A stretch of DNA of 64,000 nucleotides, taken from NCBI GenBank assembly GCA_050304755.1, contig JBNLED010000235.1, positions 700-64,699 on the forward strand. The letters run 5' to 3'. This document shows, in pieces, positions 10,117 through 21,105 of this stretch. Each line of letters begins with the position of its first letter. Position 1 is the first letter of the stretch. Below the pieces are notes generated by a model. It made no database searches, was not told the DNA's origin, and worked only from the letters and a program-made list of their open reading frames with translations. The stretch comes from Polyangia bacterium (GTDB taxonomy: Bacteria; Myxococcota_A; Polyangia; JAAYKL01). Position numbers and translations under genes: made by a program.

Positions 10117-10195
10117 ATTGTTCCTCTTTCGGTTGGGTGGTCGAGCACGACGTCAGGGAGCGCCTGGCTCCAATCATCGCGACGATGTCCCACGT

Positions 10196-11089
10196 CTATA
10201 TGGACCGACGACCGACCGGCGACCGCAGTGCGCCGTCGACTTGCGCATCGAAATGAACATCCAACTGAGGGAAGGCGATGACGATCCCGGCTTCCTTGAG
10301 CGCCCACCAGATGGCCTCGTTCAGCTCCGAGGTGAGTCTTCTGGCGATCCATGGTTCATTACTCCAGACAAACACTTTAAAGTTCACCGCTGAATCGGCG
10401 AACTCGGTCATCTGCACGCGAGGGTCCTTTGTCCCATCCCGCCAAGGGATGCTTTTTGCGGTGGCATCGAGCACCTCCCGCACTTGTCGCATATCCGAGC
10501 TGTAGACCACTCCCACCGTCGAGCTCAGCAAAAAGGAGGCGTCCGACAGGGTGTAGTTCTTCACCATACCCAGAACCAGAATAGAATTGGGGACGATGAT
10601 CTCCTCTTCGTTTCGGGTGCGCACCATTGTCGCTCGGATGCCCATTTTAACGACTTTTACCACCTCTCCCTCTATCTCGAGCACATCCCCTTGCTTAATG
10701 GATTTCTCCACAAGGAGGATTATGCCCGACACGAAGTTTTGTGCGATATTCTGCATGGCAAACCCAAATCCGACGGCGAAAATGGCCCCCGCGGCGAACA
10801 GGGTAGAGAGATCGATGCCGAGAACCTGCAGAGCGGCCACGCCACCGGCCAGCATGATCAAAATCTGCGAAATGCGCTGGATGATAGCCGAGTTTTCCCG
10901 GTTCTTCAGCTCCTTCTTCTCGAAGAACCGATGGATCCCGCGTCGGCTGAGCCGCGACAAGAAATAGGTGGCGAGAACGATGATGATAACAATGATGAGG
11001 CTGCCGACCGTGACCGTGGTCGTCCTTACGGTAAAGAGCTCCACACCGAACATCTCTTTTACAGTCATAAATATGCCGTGCTGACTCAT
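10196..11089 (-). CDS. mscS: Small-conductance mechanosensitive channel (MscS family)
   Basis: GVGFG-like GFGFAMQNIAQNFVSGIILL, IKQGDVLEI, IIVPNS and IVIAFPQ motifs. Confidence 0.88.
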   Translation of the reverse strand: MSQHGIFMTVKEMFGVELFTVRTTTVTVGSLIIVIIIVLATYFLSRLSRRGIHRFFEKKELKNRENSAIIQRISQILIMLAGGVAALQVLGIDLSTLFAAGAIFAVGFGFAMQNIAQNFVSGIILLVEKSIKQGDVLEIEGEVVKVVKMGIRATMVRTRNEEEIIVPNSILVLGMVKNYTLSDASFLLSSTVGVVYSSDMRQVREVLDATAKSIPWRDGTKDPRVQMTEFADSAVNFKVFVWSNEPWIARRLTSELNEAIWWALKEAGIVIAFPQLDVHFDAQVDGALRSPVGRRSI

Positions 11090-11125
11090 GCGGTTCTCCC
11101 TGTGTTGTCATTCACCGAGCCGAGC

Positions 11126-11141
11126 AGCAAAATACATACCA
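11126..11141 (-). promoter_or_regulatory. sigma54 promoter for the mscS-activator unit
   Basis: Minus strand TGGTATGTATTTTGCT. Confidence 0.75.
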
Positions 11142-11407
11142 AAGGGGAGCCCGTGAAATGGCAATGGACGGGAACCTCGCCACGAAATCGAACCAAAAGT
11201 GTATTCGCTAATCCTGCTCTATAAGACTGCCAATCTCATCCAACGGGATAAATGAACATTTCGAAACGTACGCCGCAAAGGGTAGCCCCCAAGTGCCCCA
11301 AAAGGGGGAGTTTCTGGAACGCCCCAGCCTTTTGGCCAGTGAATAATGTCCCACCATACTACCGTCCCTCTGGGGCAGTAACCGATAACGCTTCTTACCT
11401 TCGCCAA

Positions 11408-11423
11408 TGGTACGAAAGTTGCT
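11408..11423 (+). promoter_or_regulatory. sigma54 promoter for groES-groEL
   Basis: TGGTACGAAAGTTGCT, about 28 nt before the groES ATG. Confidence 0.75.
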
Positions 11424-11450
11424 TGCTCTGCACTTTAAAGGAGATCGCAC

Positions 11451-11741
11451 ATGAAAATTCGACCGTTATATGACCGCATTTTGGCCAAACGATTGGAAAA
11501 AGAAAAGAAGACTTCGGGTGGCCTTATCATTCCGGACAACGCCAAGGAGAAGCCCCTCGAGGCGCTGGTCGTCGCCGTCGGCAGCGGTAAACGCCTCGAT
11601 AATGGTGAGATGCTGCAGCCCTCGGTGAAGACCGGCGACAAGGTGCTCATCGGCAAGTACTCGGGATCTGAGGTTGAGATCGACGGTAAGGACCACATCA
11701 TTCTGCGCGAGGACGACCTCCTCGCTATCATCGAAAGATAG
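11451..11741 (+). CDS. groES: Co-chaperonin GroES
   Basis: [11 protein letters not shown], mobile loop [16 protein letters not shown]. Confidence 0.97.
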   Translation: MKIRPLYDRILAKRLEKEKKTSGGLIIPDNAKEKPLEALVVAVGSGKRLDNGEMLQPSVKTGDKVLIGKYSGSEVEIDGKDHIILREDDLLAIIER

Positions 11742-11751
11742 GGAAAGTTAA

Positions 11752-13332
<1,581 letters not shown>

Positions 13333-13423
13333 CGCAAGGTTTGAGATGAAAACGCTTCGCCTCCCGCCCATGGGCTCAACACCAAATCCCGCAACGAGCG
13401 TTATACCCCCCTGGGAGAGACCA

Positions 13424-14695
13424 ATGTCCGCCGCGCCGGAGTCGGTGGCATTGCTCGACGGTGGTGATCAGGCCTATCCCCGAATGCTTCAAGCCATTGA
13501 ACGGGCGAAAAGGAGCGTACATCTGGAGATATACGCCTTCGCCCCTTCCGGGGTGGGCGCTCGTTTTATCGAGGCGCTGGCAAACGCGTCCGCCCGAGGT
13601 TTGACGGTGAGGGTCCTCGTTGACGGTTGGGGCTCCGCGAGAGGGGGACTCGCCGTCACGGCGTCCCTGCGCGCAGCAGGCTGCGAGGTTCACGTTTATA
13701 ATCGCCTCTTGGCCTTGCTCATCGGTCGAATCGGACGGAATCATCGCAAGATACTGCTCGTCGACGACGAGGTTGCTTTTCTCGGTGGGATCAACATCGG
13801 CGACGAAAACGTGAAAGCGGGCGTGCGCGTCGGCTGGGCCGACCTTGCCCTCGAAATCCGCGGACCGCAGTGTGCACATCTAGGGGACATGATTCGCCGA
13901 GAGCCGCACCCGTCGGTTGTCAGCTCTCTGCGCATTTACCTCTGTGGAATCGGAGGAGGCTGGCGTATGCGCCGAAGGTACCTCAGAGCTTTCGCAAGCG
14001 CACGGCAAAGTATCCGGGTTGCACACGGCTACTTTCTGCCAGACCCGGGCGTCGTGCGCGCGATCACCGCTGCCGCCCGGCGGGGCGTTCTAGTTCGTTT
14101 GCTGCTCGCCGGCCAAAGCGACGTCCCATTCGCGCGGTGTGCCGTGAGGAGCCTCTATCGTCGGCTGTTGGCGGCGGGCGTCATTATCCATGAGTGGCGC
14201 GGATCGGTCTTGCACGCGAAGGTGGCCACCATCGATGGGCGTCGCCTTCTCGTCGGCAGCTTCAACCTGGATCCCTTCTCCCTCGCCAACCTTGAGGCAT
14301 TGGTAGAAGTCGATGAGCCCATGATCGTCCAGCAGGGAGAGGCGTGGATTGAGAACCACTTCGCGCTATCTCACCCGGTGACGACCGTGGAGGCGACCTC
14401 GCGACTCAAGCGGTGGTTGCTTGATCCCCTTGGCCGCGTTGTCGCAAGGTTGGCAGAAGCGGCGAGTCGTGCGATTGCAGGTCGGAAGCAGCGCCAATCG
14501 TCGACGGACGAATCCTTCTTGTCCGAGACAAAACACCGTGGGCCGACGATGCCGAAGTGCTCCTTTGCCCACCGAAATGGAAGCGAGAGACAATCATGCC
14601 GACCATCGAAAGCACCCCAAAATTCGTCGCGGCAGTCTACGACCGCATCGAGAGAAACCTCGCGCGTATCCGAGACCGTCTCGAGCGACCCCTGA
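13424..14695 (+). CDS. Phospholipase D / cardiolipin synthase ClsB-like
   Basis: Two HKD motifs ([16 protein letters not shown]); start likely ATG 13424 behind GGGAG; the C-terminus overlaps the aconitase by 100 nt. Confidence 0.85.
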   Translation: MSAAPESVALLDGGDQAYPRMLQAIERAKRSVHLEIYAFAPSGVGARFIEALANASARGLTVRVLVDGWGSARGGLAVTASLRAAGCEVHVYNRLLALLIGRIGRNHRKILLVDDEVAFLGGINIGDENVKAGVRVGWADLALEIRGPQCAHLGDMIRREPHPSVVSSLRIYLCGIGGGWRMRRRYLRAFASARQSIRVAHGYFLPDPGVVRAITAAARRGVLVRLLLAGQSDVPFARCAVRSLYRRLLAAGVIIHEWRGSVLHAKVATIDGRRLLVGSFNLDPFSLANLEALVEVDEPMIVQQGEAWIENHFALSHPVTTVEATSRLKRWLLDPLGRVVARLAEAASRAIAGRKQRQSSTDESFLSETKHRGPTMPKCSFAHRNGSERQSCRPSKAPQNSSRQSTTASRETSRVSETVSSDP

Positions 14696-16866
14696 CGTAC
14701 GCCGAAAAGATTCTGCTCGGCCATCTTGATGATCCCGGCGACGCCGATCTGCGCCCGGGGGAGAGCTACATTCAAGTGAACCCCGACAGGGTGGCGATGC
14801 AGGACGCGACGGCACAAATGGCGTTGTTGCAGTTCGCCCATGCCGGCATCCCCGGGGTCAAGGTGCCGACGACAGTCCACTGTGACCATTTGATCCGGGC
14901 TCACCTGGGCATGGGCGAGGACATGCGGGTCGCTATCGACGAGAACAATGAAGTCTACGCATTTCTTCAGACAGCGTCGACCAAGTACGGCATCGGATTC
15001 TGGAAACCGGGCGCCGGTATCATTCACCAGGTCGTTCTCGAAAACTACGCCTTCCCCGGCGGTATGATGATCGGCACGGACTCCCATACCCCCAACGCGG
15101 GGGGCCTCGGCATGTTCGCCTGCGGAGTGGGGGGGGCTGACGCTGTAGACGTTATGGCCGGTTTTACCTGGGAAATACTCTATCCTCGATTGATCGGGGT
15201 CCATCTCAAAGGACGCCTCAGCGGTTGGACAGCCCCCAAGGACATCATTCTCAAGCTGGCCGGCATCCTCACCGTAGAGGGGGGAACCAATGCCGTTATC
15301 GAATACTTCGGTCCCGGCGCCGGGAGTTTCTCGTGCACGGGCAAGGCGACGATCGCTAACATGGGCGCGGAAATCGGCGCCACCACCTCGATCTTTCCGT
15401 ACGATGAATCGATGGAACGCTACCTGCTCGGAACCGAGCGCGTCGCGCTTGCCGATATTGCAGGCCGCAAGCAGCATCTCCTACGGGCGGATGAGGAGGT
15501 CCTCCGTGATCCGGAGAAGTTTTTCGGGAGGGTGATTGAAATCGATCTGTCCCGGCTCGAGCCGCATCTTGTCGGGCCTCACACTCCCGATCTGGCGCGA
15601 CCGGTCTCGGAGATGGCTGCGGCGGTTAAAAGCGAGGGGTATCCAGATGACATCTCCGTGGCGTTGATCGGCTCTTGCACCAACTCGTCATACGAGGACA
15701 TCTCGCGCGTAGCGGATGTGGTCCGGCAGGCCAAACAGCACGGGATCGCAAAGACTACCGTTCCTTTCATGGTCACGCCGGGCTCCGAGCAGGTCCGGGC
15801 GACTATCGAACGCGACGGTCAGATGGCCGAGCTCAAGAACTTCGGTGCGACGGTTCTGGCCAATGCGTGCGGCCCATGCATCGGTCAATGGCAACGGGAC
15901 GAGCTCAAATACGGAACCCCGAACACCATTGTAACCTCGTTCAACCGCAATTTTCCACGACGCAACGACGGCAGCGCGAACACCCACGCTTTCATCGGTA
16001 GTCCCGAGATTGTCGCGGCCTACGCCCTCGGCGGTAAGCTCTCATTCAATCCGCTCACCGATCCCCTCCACGGAGCCGACGGAACCGAGTTCCGGCTTGA
16101 ACCACCCAGGCCGGCGCCAGACCTGCCTCCCGAAGGTTTCGCATGGGTTCCGGGGGGGTATCTCGCCCCGCCAGCAGACGGCAGCGATGTGGAGATTCGC
16201 ATAGCAAAGAACAGCGAGCGGTTGCAGGTGCTCGAGACCTTCGCGGCATGGGATGGCCGTGATTTCGAACGGCTTCCCCTGCTGTTCAAAGCCCTGGGCA
16301 AGTGTACCACCGACCACATCTCCCCAGCCGGCCCCTGGCTCGCGTTTCGCGGGCACCTCGACAAAATATCGAACAACATGTTCATCGGGGCGGAAAATGC
16401 GTTCTCTGGCAGCACCGGAACGACTCGAGATCCGTTGACCGGCGAGACAGAAAAGCCTGTTGCCGTCGTGGCCCGTGCGCTCAAGGCTCGGCATATTCGT
16501 TGGATCGTGGTCGGGGACTACAACTACGGAGAGGGCTCGAGTCGCGAGCACGCGGCCATGTCGCCTCGATTGCTCGGAGCCGCTGCCATCGTGACCCGAT
16601 CTTTCGCCAGGATCCACGAATCCAACCTGAAGAAACAAGGCGTGCTTCCGTTGACTTTTGCCGATCCCGCGGACTACGACAAGGTCCAGGAGGCGGACCT
16701 TATCAGCATCAGCGGCCTATCGGAACTCGCATATGGCTCTCAACTGATGCTTACCCTGCATCATCCGAACGGGATCGAAGAGCAGATTCAGGTCGAGCAC
16801 TCACTGAATGCGCAACAGATCGAATGGTTCAAGGCAGGATCGGCCCTGAACATGCTCAAAAGGTAA
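14596..16866 (+). CDS. Aconitate hydratase (mitochondrial-type bacterial aconitase)
   Basis: [52 protein letters not shown] and [11 protein letters not shown]. Confidence 0.95.
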   Translation: MPTIESTPKFVAAVYDRIERNLARIRDRLERPLTYAEKILLGHLDDPGDADLRPGESYIQVNPDRVAMQDATAQMALLQFAHAGIPGVKVPTTVHCDHLIRAHLGMGEDMRVAIDENNEVYAFLQTASTKYGIGFWKPGAGIIHQVVLENYAFPGGMMIGTDSHTPNAGGLGMFACGVGGADAVDVMAGFTWEILYPRLIGVHLKGRLSGWTAPKDIILKLAGILTVEGGTNAVIEYFGPGAGSFSCTGKATIANMGAEIGATTSIFPYDESMERYLLGTERVALADIAGRKQHLLRADEEVLRDPEKFFGRVIEIDLSRLEPHLVGPHTPDLARPVSEMAAAVKSEGYPDDISVALIGSCTNSSYEDISRVADVVRQAKQHGIAKTTVPFMVTPGSEQVRATIERDGQMAELKNFGATVLANACGPCIGQWQRDELKYGTPNTIVTSFNRNFPRRNDGSANTHAFIGSPEIVAAYALGGKLSFNPLTDPLHGADGTEFRLEPPRPAPDLPPEGFAWVPGGYLAPPADGSDVEIRIAKNSERLQVLETFAAWDGRDFERLPLLFKALGKCTTDHISPAGPWLAFRGHLDKISNNMFIGAENAFSGSTGTTRDPLTGETEKPVAVVARALKARHIRWIVVGDYNYGEGSSREHAAMSPRLLGAAAIVTRSFARIHESNLKKQGVLPLTFADPADYDKVQEADLISISGLSELAYGSQLMLTLHHPNGIEEQIQVEHSLNAQQIEWFKAGSALNMLKR

Positions 16867-16885
16867 AATGCTTGAATCGACCAGC

Positions 16886-17116
16886 TCAGCCCGGACCCCC
16901 CAGGGTCCAGATTTCGCGTCCACTCTTGAGACGCTTCTTTTGGATCTTCACGTCGTCGGCGCCTTCGGCCTCGGCGATGGAGAGCAGCTCGGCGATGTCC
17001 TCTGGGCTTCCATCACAGAATCCTATTGGCCGCGGATTACCGGGCAGGCTGAGCTGGACCTTGAGCTCGCCCCGGTCCCAGCGGGTCTGTGTGGCATTGT
17101 CGTAAGGATGGATCAT
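16886..17116 (-). CDS. Small hypothetical protein (76 aa)
   Basis: Fills the gap downstream of hpf paralog 2; globular-looking sequence (TRWDRGELKVQL, PRPIGFCDG, GREIWTLG); weak RBS. Confidence 0.55.
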   Translation of the reverse strand: MIHPYDNATQTRWDRGELKVQLSLPGNPRPIGFCDGSPEDIAELLSIAEAEGADDVKIQKKRLKSGREIWTLGGPG

Positions 17117-17210
17117 GCAAGTGACTTTATGCGAACCGCAGCTTCAGGGCAAGATTTGAGTTGAATAACCGATATTGAATAGGCATTATGTTCTTTCAGA
17201 CTCCTTCTAT

Positions 17211-17570
17211 CTATATGAGCTCCGGATCAGACAGGTTTTTGGCGGTCCTGCGACCGTCTTGATGACGCGCCCTATCAACGCTGTTCTCGATCAGTCTGCT
17301 CAACCTATCTACGGCACAATCGACAGCTTGCTTCAAGGTCGTGGATTGGTGGGTGACGGTGATGGGTTTGCGTCCTACGAAGAGGGCTTTCATCATGCAA
17401 CGATTACTGTTCTGGCCTCGTTTTCGGCGGATGACCCCGCTCAAGCGGATCTCCACCCGCGTAATGCGAGCGCCGGTTTGTTCCAGCGCGCTATTCACCG
17501 AGTTTCTGATCTGATCAATCATCTTCTCGTGCCCTTCGATATCGCCATCGGTGTTTACTTGTACTCTCAT
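17211..17570 (-). CDS. HPF/RaiA family ribosome-associated protein (paralog 2)
   Basis: ATG 17570 behind GGAGAAGA; VQVNTDGDI, RVEIRLS, KPITVTH, QAVDCAVDRL; 119 aa, the same length as paralog 1. Confidence 0.8.
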   Translation of the reverse strand: MRVQVNTDGDIEGHEKMIDQIRNSVNSALEQTGARITRVEIRLSGVIRRKRGQNSNRCMMKALFVGRKPITVTHQSTTLKQAVDCAVDRLSRLIENSVDRARHQDGRRTAKNLSDPELI

Positions 17571-17622
17571 CGTCTTCTCCTGTGCCACGGTTCAACCGTA
17601 CACATAGTGGTTGAAACCTTGT

Positions 17623-17662
17623 AATCTTGCGGCACGACACTCTGGTCTCGTCCGGTAAGATT
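17623..17662 (-). promoter_or_regulatory. Conserved leader hairpin, copy 2
   Basis: Minus strand AATCTTAC-CGG-ACGAGAC-CAGA-GTGTCGT-GCC-GCAAGATT; same architecture as 8791-8834. Confidence 0.5.
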
Positions 17663-17738
17663 TTTTTTTATTCACCCCTTTTTCTCGATTTCGCACTTTC
17701 ACCAGGAGGCCTTTTCTTGCGAAATTCGGTTAATTGAA

Positions 17739-17754
17739 TGCATACCTCATGCCA
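17739..17754 (-). promoter_or_regulatory. sigma54 promoter for hpf paralog 2
   Basis: Minus strand TGGCATGAGGTATGCA; 14 of 16 positions identical to the paralog 1 promoter. Confidence 0.75.
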
Positions 17755-17781
17755 AGTGTATTCTCGAAATCGAGCAATATT

Positions 17782-17797
17782 TGGCTGATTTTTTGCA
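17782..17797 (+). promoter_or_regulatory. Divergent sigma54 promoter for the small basic protein
   Basis: TGGCTGATTTTTTGCA; GG-N10-GC kept, weaker -24. Confidence 0.5.
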
Positions 17798-17934
17798 GCC
17801 GGAATGTCGGGGCGCCATACACGCATAACCTGTAGGGACACACGGCAGTGTTCGAAGTCGATGTCGAATTCGAGGTACCGTTGCCATGAACGAAACTGCA
17901 AATTACATAACATTCGAGAAAGGGAGAGATGAAT

Positions 17935-18048
17935 ATGGGCGATAAAGGTGGAAAAAAAGATAAGCAGAAGGCAAACAAACAAAAAGCCCGCAAACAAGAG
18001 GAGAGGGAGCAAAAGAAAAAGGACAAGCAACAGAGGAGCGCTTCCTGA
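17935..18048 (+). CDS. 37-aa Lys/Gln-rich small protein (not in the ORF track)
   Basis: MGDKGGKKDKQKANKQKARKQEEREQKKKDKQQRSAS*; AGGGAG RBS at 17921-17926; alternative in-frame ATG at 17929. Confidence 0.65.
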   Translation: MGDKGGKKDKQKANKQKARKQEEREQKKKDKQQRSAS

Positions 18049-18065
18049 AGAAACGGTGACAGGCC

Positions 18066-18290
18066 ATGGGCTCTATCGAAAGCACGCCCGGTTTTGTTGA
18101 GGCGGTTTACCGACGCATCGAAAGGAATCTCGATAGTATCCGGATTCGCATCGGGCGTCCCTTGACGTATGCAGTAACACTTCTGCTGGGTCATCTTGAA
18201 GATCCCCAAAGGGTCGACTTGCGTCCCGGTGACAGCTATGTGCAAGTTCGCCCGGATAGGGTCGCGATGCAGGATGCAACTGCTTGCTGA
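18066..18290 (+). pseudogene. Truncated 5' copy of the aconitase gene
   Basis: 74 aa collinear with the N-terminus of 14596-16866 (IEST.. RPLTYA.. [10 protein letters not shown]), then a stop. Confidence 0.9.
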
Positions 18291-18303
18291 ACTCCGAGCT
18301 CGT

Positions 18304-19512
18304 CTATTCGTTCAGCAATTCCGCGAGACGACTGGCGCTCATGACACCCTTGTACACGTAAAGAGAGCCTGGAAGGTCGGTCGGCAGAACCTGCTCGCTG
18401 ACCCGCAGGCGCTTTGATACGGCAAAAATGACACGCTGAGGCAGACCGGCCTCCACCAGCTCGACCCTTTTCCACACCGCGTCACGGCTCCAGAACCCCA
18501 TCACCTCGAGATACACCACCTCGCCCGTTCCGTTGTGGACGAACTGAAGATCGGGAATACAGAGCCCCACGCCGGGTAACTCGAGGATGTCGGTCGAAGG
18601 CGCGACCATCCATTCGGTTTCGAGGGCATCGAACCGTTCAACCAAAACAGCGACATCGTCCGCCGGCCTGGACGCGGCGTCGTGCTCAGCTGTCTCACCA
18701 TCGCCGCCCCCTTCCAGATGGAAGGTCAACAGCTGCTTCTCTTTGCCCCACAGCACTTCAGCGTCGAGCTTCCATCTCCCGCATTCGTCGAGAGCCGGTA
18801 CCAACATGGCCAGCTTGATACCGTACTTGGTGACCGAACGGAACATGCTGAACGGCCCATCGATGTCGATGAGATATCCGCCCTTTTCCAAAGGTCGGAT
18901 GACATGCAACAGACCGAGAAACTTGAGCTTGTGAAAGAGTCTCCGGTATGATCCGGGGTTCATTGAACGAACCGATACCGCGACACGGGTCGCCTTGAGC
19001 AGCACACCTTGGCCTTGACGCTTCTCATATAAGTCAACCAGGTGTGTCGGAGATATCGACTCAAAAGAGACGAGACGATGAGCGCCCTTGAGATCTGCAT
19101 ATAGTAGGCGGTCGACCTCATCGACAGGGAGCCCGAACTGTTTACCCGCTTCGCTCATCACAAAACCGCGATCAAATCTCAACGCCTGCTCCGCGGCTTG
19201 TCTCTGGCGGCTCGCCTCCTTGAAAACGGCTTCCCGCAGCAAGGGAGGGTCGATATCTGCGGACACTTCAAAATCGCAGCGATCCAACACAAGCTTCAGG
19301 AGGCCGGCCGCCAGTTTTCGATCCCGAACGTGTACGTCGACGGATTTGCACCTGGTGTCAAAATCTTCACGGGTCTTATCCAAGTGGCCCTCGGCTATAT
19401 CGAGGTAGGCTTGTGCCATGGTGTACGCCCGCTGTCTCACTTGATGGCTCATCTGACGGAGGCACAGACGGTCGCCTCTTCTGAACGCCCGGACGAGGTC
19501 AACGGTAAGCAA
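18304..19512 (-). CDS. DUF790 family protein (Bax1-like nuclease)
   Basis: LYADLKGAHRL, IDGPFSMFRSVTKYGIKLA, IPDLQF...YLEVMGFWSRD (PD-(D/E)XK-like); overlaps the upstream helicase. Confidence 0.8.
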   Translation of the reverse strand: MLTVDLVRAFRRGDRLCLRQMSHQVRQRAYTMAQAYLDIAEGHLDKTREDFDTRCKSVDVHVRDRKLAAGLLKLVLDRCDFEVSADIDPPLLREAVFKEASRQRQAAEQALRFDRGFVMSEAGKQFGLPVDEVDRLLYADLKGAHRLVSFESISPTHLVDLYEKRQGQGVLLKATRVAVSVRSMNPGSYRRLFHKLKFLGLLHVIRPLEKGGYLIDIDGPFSMFRSVTKYGIKLAMLVPALDECGRWKLDAEVLWGKEKQLLTFHLEGGGDGETAEHDAASRPADDVAVLVERFDALETEWMVAPSTDILELPGVGLCIPDLQFVHNGTGEVVYLEVMGFWSRDAVWKRVELVEAGLPQRVIFAVSKRLRVSEQVLPTDLPGSLYVYKGVMSASRLAELLNE

Positions 19513-20890
19513 CGTGGTCCCTCCTGCGCTTGCTCACGAACGCCTCGCTGGTGTTGTTTGCGACTAACTCATACAACACGGCCCGGGTACCATCCCTCTT
19601 CTTGCGCAGTATTCGTCCGAGCCGCTGCACATGTTCGCGCACAGACCCGCTGCCGGATACGACAACGGCGACGTTGGCCTCCGGTACGTCGACGCCCTCG
19701 TTGAGTACCTTCGAGGTTGCTATCGCGGTATAGGTCCCGTCTGCCAGGCCGGACAGGATCGCGCTGCGCTCCGTCACCTTGGTCTGATGAGTGATGACGG
19801 GAACAAGAAAACGGCGTGAGATGGCGTAAGCGGTGGCGTTGTCCTGGGTGAAGAGAATCGTCTTGTCGCCGCGATGCCGATGCAAGAGATAGTCGACATA
19901 TTCGAGCTTTGACGGCGCCGTGAAGGCAAGGCGGCGTTGGCGTTGATAGGCCTCCATGGCGCGACGCCCCGCCGGGGTACGGGCCGATTGGATGACGAAT
20001 TGGTTCCATCCCTCGGGAGAGCCCATTTGAATTCCCGCAGAGGAGACGAAGCTTCGATAGATGCTTCGCGCATTCTGGTATTCCTCGAGCTCCTCGGGGC
20101 TCAGCTCCACCGCGATCCTCTCCACGTCGTACTCCGCCAGGTATTCTCCGGTCATTTCCCGTATGTCGCGCCGGTATACGAGCGGCCCGACCAGCTCGTC
20201 GAGCTCGGTGTGACGGCCGTCGACCCGCTCCGGCGTCGCCGAGAGGCCGAGTCGGTACGGCGCCAGACAGAAACGTGCCGAGAGACCGTAGGCGTCTCCC
20301 GGCAGGTGGTGGCACTCGTCGAATACGACGAGACCGAACTTGGCGCCCAAGTGCTCCATGTGAATGTATGCCGAATCGTAAGTCGTGACAGTCAGCGGTT
20401 CGACGGAATAGTCGCCTCCCCCGATGACGCCCACGGAAACGTCGAAGCTCGATCGCAGCAGGTCGTACCACTGCCTCACGAGGTCGAGCGTGGGCGCCAC
20501 CACCAAGGTACTCCTTCGCTTCGCATCGATAGACATCAGCGCCACGTGGCTCTTGCCGGCGCCGGTGGGCAGCACGACAACCCCGCGGCCCCCAGCGTGA
20601 TTCCATGCGTCCAAGGCCTCGGACTGAAAGGGCCTCGGTTCGCGCTTGATTCGCAAACCATCGTCCAGCGTTTCGTAGTCTCTGGCGTCGTCTTCGTATG
20701 CGACCTTCCCGCGAACGAAAGTCATGACGACCTCGGCGTAGGACACCGCCGGCGCCCGATAGCAACGCGCGCGCTCGTCCCATACACACGAAGCGGGCAG
20801 TAACGCCATGTCAGGTCCCCCCCTAATCTCCAGTGTGCCCTGATTAAACTCGATATGAGCGACGTTGTTTGCTGCTGCGTATTTCTTCAT
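19499..20890 (-). CDS. XPB/Rad25-like SF2 helicase
   Basis: LPTGAGKS, DECHH, LGLSAT, VLNEGVDVP and QRLGRILR. Confidence 0.88.
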   Translation of the reverse strand: MKKYAAANNVAHIEFNQGTLEIRGGPDMALLPASCVWDERARCYRAPAVSYAEVVMTFVRGKVAYEDDARDYETLDDGLRIKREPRPFQSEALDAWNHAGGRGVVVLPTGAGKSHVALMSIDAKRRSTLVVAPTLDLVRQWYDLLRSSFDVSVGVIGGGDYSVEPLTVTTYDSAYIHMEHLGAKFGLVVFDECHHLPGDAYGLSARFCLAPYRLGLSATPERVDGRHTELDELVGPLVYRRDIREMTGEYLAEYDVERIAVELSPEELEEYQNARSIYRSFVSSAGIQMGSPEGWNQFVIQSARTPAGRRAMEAYQRQRRLAFTAPSKLEYVDYLLHRHRGDKTILFTQDNATAYAISRRFLVPVITHQTKVTERSAILSGLADGTYTAIATSKVLNEGVDVPEANVAVVVSGSGSVREHVQRLGRILRKKRDGTRAVLYELVANNTSEAFVSKRRRDHVAYR

Positions 20891-21105
20891 GCCATAGAGC
20901 TATCTCGTTTCCTGAATTCTGCTTTTTACACATTAATCCGATGTTGCAGCGATGCCCTACATCGTTCTGCAACCGCCGCATATTATAGATTTTCACAACA
21001 AAAAGACAGAGGGATTCTCACTCTCCAAGCATCGTGGCTTCCCACATAGACAAGAGGATTCGGTTTTTCAAACGTTCAATCGCACTTCGAAGGACCACCA
21101 GCGCT

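Noticed and set aside
11250-11450. CIRCE/HrcA operator upstream of groES
   Set aside because: No TTAGCACTC-N9-GAGTGCTAA match was seen.
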